Shown in pieces: positions 54,995-57,517 of a stretch of DNA of 57,517 nucleotides. Below the pieces are notes generated by a model, which worked only from the letters and a program-made list of their open reading frames with translations, was not told where the DNA came from and made no database searches. Position 1 is the stretch's first letter; each line of letters begins with the position of its first letter. Position numbers and translations under genes: made by a program. The stretch is from a virus (lineage: Duplodnaviria > Caudoviricetes): IMG/VR virus record IMGVR_UViG_3300034375_010865, positions 1 to 57,517 of that record; one strand, written 5' to 3'.

Positions 54995-55804
54995 TTAACT
55001 CTCCCTAAACACTTTGTGTATATCTCTCAATAGATTTTTACCTTCGTCACGCTTACGCTGGAACACATTGCGTCCTACAATCATACCGTATCCACCATTC
55101 TTGGCAATTGCTTCTGCTTCCATTAGGATTGCTTCAGTACCACGCCTAGAGCCACCAGAGAAGACCACAGGAATACCACATGCCGCTTTAACAATACGGT
55201 CTACACGGATGCATAAGTCTGCAATGTTATCATACTCAGGAAGCTTGACCTTGATCACGTCTGGTTCCAACTGTGCAGCAATGTATGCTGCATGCATTAT
55301 AGTCTCAAACGAGATAGGATTGAATTCACCTCCACGTGGATATGACCAAAGAATAGTCTTAGCGGTCGGTGATGCATGTGTCTTAATCTTACCAAAGTAA
55401 TTGATCATTTCGTCTTGATCAAGCGATCCAGGATAAATTGTGTATCCAATGCCACCCATTCCTTGAGCTGCAGCTGTAGTTGCATAGACTGCTTGAGTCG
55501 GATCAAGCCAGTCATTCAGATTGTTACCATGATTTAGTTTCATAATGATATCCGGTGCTAAATGCGGATACCAAAACTTTAATAGGTTAGCAGTACGCTG
55601 TGGTAACGCCGTAGCACCAACCAAACCTTTTTCCAACAACTCAGCGATATAGTCAACCTGATAATCTACATCCAACATCTCAGGATGATCGGTGGCATAA
55701 AACGCAGAATGTGGTCCGTGTTCTACTCCTTGATCAATAGGAAGGATGATAGTGTAGTTACCTTTTTTACCGAAATCTGGTTCACATAAACGCTTGTGTT
55801 TCAT
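54995..55804 (-). CDS. fbaB: Class I fructose-bisphosphate aldolase (DhnA/FbaB family), auxiliary metabolic gene
   Basis: ILPIDQGVEHGP, GYTIYPGS, LWSYPRG, DVIKVK (Schiff-base Lys), VFSGG, GRNVFQR. Confidence 0.85.
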   Translation of the reverse strand: MKHKRLCEPDFGKKGNYTIILPIDQGVEHGPHSAFYATDHPEMLDVDYQVDYIAELLEKGLVGATALPQRTANLLKFWYPHLAPDIIMKLNHGNNLNDWLDPTQAVYATTAAAQGMGGIGYTIYPGSLDQDEMINYFGKIKTHASPTAKTILWSYPRGGEFNPISFETIMHAAYIAAQLEPDVIKVKLPEYDNIADLCIRVDRIVKAACGIPVVFSGGSRRGTEAILMEAEAIAKNGGYGMIVGRNVFQRKRDEGKNLLRDIHKVFRES

Positions 55805-55943
55805 TCTCTTCCCTCAATTTTTTAATACGATACTTACAATCCTGCTGTAGACTCTCCAGCTCCTCAATATTTTCATGACGTAGGATAATCTCCATCGCCC
55901 GAATATAATCGGTTGTTTGTTTGATTTCGTGATCAGTCAACAT
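55782..55943 (-). CDS. Small hypothetical protein (53 aa); absent from ORF track
   Basis: Manual translation MLTDHEIKQTTDYIRAMEIILRHENIEELESLQQDCKYRIKKLREENETQAFM fills the gap between neighbours. Confidence 0.5.
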   Translation of the reverse strand: MLTDHEIKQTTDYIRAMEIILRHENIEELESLQQDCKYRIKKLREENETQAFM

Positions 55944-56478
55944 TATAGCATTTCTCCCATACCATATAACCTAGAGTAACATCATCGTCAGAAAAGCCCT
56001 TCATGCCTTCTAGGATCGACATATACTTGGCGACACCAATAATACGATTGTCATCTACATCAATGACAAACTTGTCTTCATGAAGATCAGTGCTTCCAGC
56101 GACAAAGTCGATATAACGTTGAGTATCGTTTTCTACAGGTGGAGCCCACTTGTGGATAGCCTCACTGAGAGTGAGTCCAGTGTAAAGGCGGTCCAGAAGG
56201 TCAAACATAGCTGCATATCCCCATTCAGGAGCAGCGAACGACTCAAAGGCTGGGTCATTAGAAGTCTCGCCATAATAGGTTACTCCAGTCTTACGGATAT
56301 TGCCTGGATTATTGTTACGTGTAGGACGATTAGTAGATACATGGGTATAGTCATAGGTGCCAAAGTCAACCTCTGTACAATCAAGCTCATGTGCTTCCGT
56401 TTTGGGAGCAATAATGATAGCGTATATGGAAACAGTGACGATAGTAAAAACAAAAAGGGTCAATACCAAGCGGATCAT
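55933..56478 (-). CDS. Signal-anchored lysozyme-like protein (RNNNPGNI family)
   Basis: N-terminal TM helix; RNNNPGNIR, F..PEWGY.A, I.KWAPP.ENDT..Y..FV. Confidence 0.7.
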   Translation of the reverse strand: MIRLVLTLFVFTIVTVSIYAIIIAPKTEAHELDCTEVDFGTYDYTHVSTNRPTRNNNPGNIRKTGVTYYGETSNDPAFESFAAPEWGYAAMFDLLDRLYTGLTLSEAIHKWAPPVENDTQRYIDFVAGSTDLHEDKFVIDVDDNRIIGVAKYMSILEGMKGFSDDDVTLGYMVWEKCYNVD

Positions 56479-56510
56479 GTCAATAACCTATAAAATCAAT
56501 CAATACTACT

Positions 56511-56545
56511 TATATAACACAAAAAGGGGGCTTTGTAAACCCCCT
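56511..56545 (-). terminator. Terminator hairpin (AGGGGG/CCCCCT plus T-run) overlapping a GTTTACA-17-TATATA promoter-like site
   Basis: Read directly from intergenic sequence. Confidence 0.55.
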
Positions 56546-56558
56546 AATTTAACTTTTT

Positions 56559-56843
56559 TTATCCCGAAACCCAGCTAATAAGTTTACTGGGTTTAATAGT
56601 ACGCCAACCTTGATTGGTAACACTATAGACTCGGATATAGTCTTTATCCATAATAGTGTCAAAGCTCTCCAAAAGATCATCATACTCTGTTAGACCAACA
56701 CCTGGATGTTCTTCTGGAATATAGTCAGGATCAAGGGTTACCTTACGGTTGGTCTGGGTACCGTCCGCCTTTTCAAAGCGGACGTCAACAATACCCTTTT
56801 GGACTTTCTCAAGAAAGTTTTTCATCATATTTGCATCAGCCAT
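56559..56843 (-). CDS. DUF2693 / WYL_2 SH3-like protein
   Basis: V.F.KADGT...TL....IP...VY....GWR. Confidence 0.65.
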   Translation of the reverse strand: MADANMMKNFLEKVQKGIVDVRFEKADGTQTNRKVTLDPDYIPEEHPGVGLTEYDDLLESFDTIMDKDYIRVYSVTNQGWRTIKPSKLISWVSG

Positions 56844-56852
56844 TATTATCTC

Positions 56853-57517
56853 CTATGCTGCGACTGCAAGTTCAAGTGCCTTTTTCTTGACATTGGCGTT
56901 AGTGCCGTACCAAGAGGACTGAAGACGGTTATCGTTGTTGCGACCGAGAGTGTGGTCGGTCATGTAGGTGACAGTGTTGAACAGCTGCCAAAAAGTACCT
57001 TCACCAAGCTCTGCACCAGCCTGGGTGTGCATGACTTCCTGAGCTTCACGAGCCTTGTAGGAAGCTTTCTCACCAGCAGAAGGGAATACCTGGTTGAAGT
57101 AGTCGACCATCTGCTCAGAGGTGTAAGTCTTCTGGCAGAGGTACTCAGCCGCTTCCTTATAGGTTTCCAGCTTCTGGTGAGCCATGCCGAGGGTTTCCAT
57201 AGCAGTAGCTGCATCGAATGGAGTCTGGTGACCCATACGGACGTAGTTGTCTACTTGCTGGTCGATAGAGAGGGTGAGAGTGTTGTTGCACACCACACGG
57301 ATTGGAGTAAACCGTACGTCGATTGACTTACCGTATTGGTGTGGGTTGGAGAAGAGGAGGTAGGATTCTACAGTGTCTTCGCCTTGTGGAGTCTTGATGG
57401 TGAAACCATCGTTGATCTTAGCCAATGCCCAGACCATCTTACCACCTTTGAGGGAGCCAGCGGTGTGCATCTGCATGTCACCGGCATCCACAAACTGACG
57501 GAAGAAGTCAAAGGCTT
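56853..57517 (-). CDS. DUF932 family protein (5' end beyond window)
   Basis: AFDFF...TAGSL.GGK.VW.LA, YLL..N.H, FTPIRVVCNNTL, GT.W..FN.VT...DH; frame stays open to window edge. Confidence 0.85.
   Translation of the reverse strand, partial: AFDFFRQFVDAGDMQMHTAGSLKGGKMVWALAKINDGFTIKTPQGEDTVESYLLFSNPHQYGKSIDVRFTPIRVVCNNTLTLSIDQQVDNYVRMGHQTPFDAATAMETLGMAHQKLETYKEAAEYLCQKTYTSEQMVDYFNQVFPSAGEKASYKAREAQEVMHTQAGAELGEGTFWQLFNTVTYMTDHTLGRNNDNRLQSSWYGTNANVKKKALELAVAA

Noticed and set aside
1-57517. Stop-codon reassignment as the cause of split genes
   Set aside because: TAA, TAG and TGA all end conserved genes at expected positions, coding density is high in the standard code, and the split parts are out of frame or non-adjacent

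Overview
This window is part of a T4-like (myovirus) bacteriophage genome, in a gene arrangement typical of marine/aquatic T4-like phages. The minus strand from 48 kb down to position 1 is a late structural region: baseplate (gp48, gp53, gp27-like hub, a gp5 spike locus fragmented into five genes, gp25, gp6, gp7, gp8), a VrlC/DUF4815-type protein, about 20 fibre/adhesin/accessory genes, neck gp13/14/15 and terminase gp16/gp17. A plus-strand block at 48.0-52.8 kb encodes gp4, gp2, gp54, gp26, gp51 and a tape measure. The right end holds minus-strand early/middle genes (gp32, gp33, a class I aldolase AMG, a lysozyme-like protein, DUF2693, DUF932). TATAAATA late promoters and GTTTAC early promoters are visible. 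I saw no tRNA, CRISPR array, intein, reverse transcriptase or transposase. The main unexplained signals are: (1) pervasive Asp-Ser (DS[A/D/S]) enrichment confined to outer virion proteins, resembling a post-translational modification sequon; (2) one polyglycine adhesin domain that appears cut into three pieces carried by three genes in permuted order, each fused to a different binding-type domain; (3) a -1 slippery site joining gp26 to gp51 just before the tape measure; (4) a multi-gene gp5 spike locus with four peptidoglycan-hydrolase-type modules, one split across two ORFs. All family assignments come from motif recognition by eye and all counts are manual; no searches were run.
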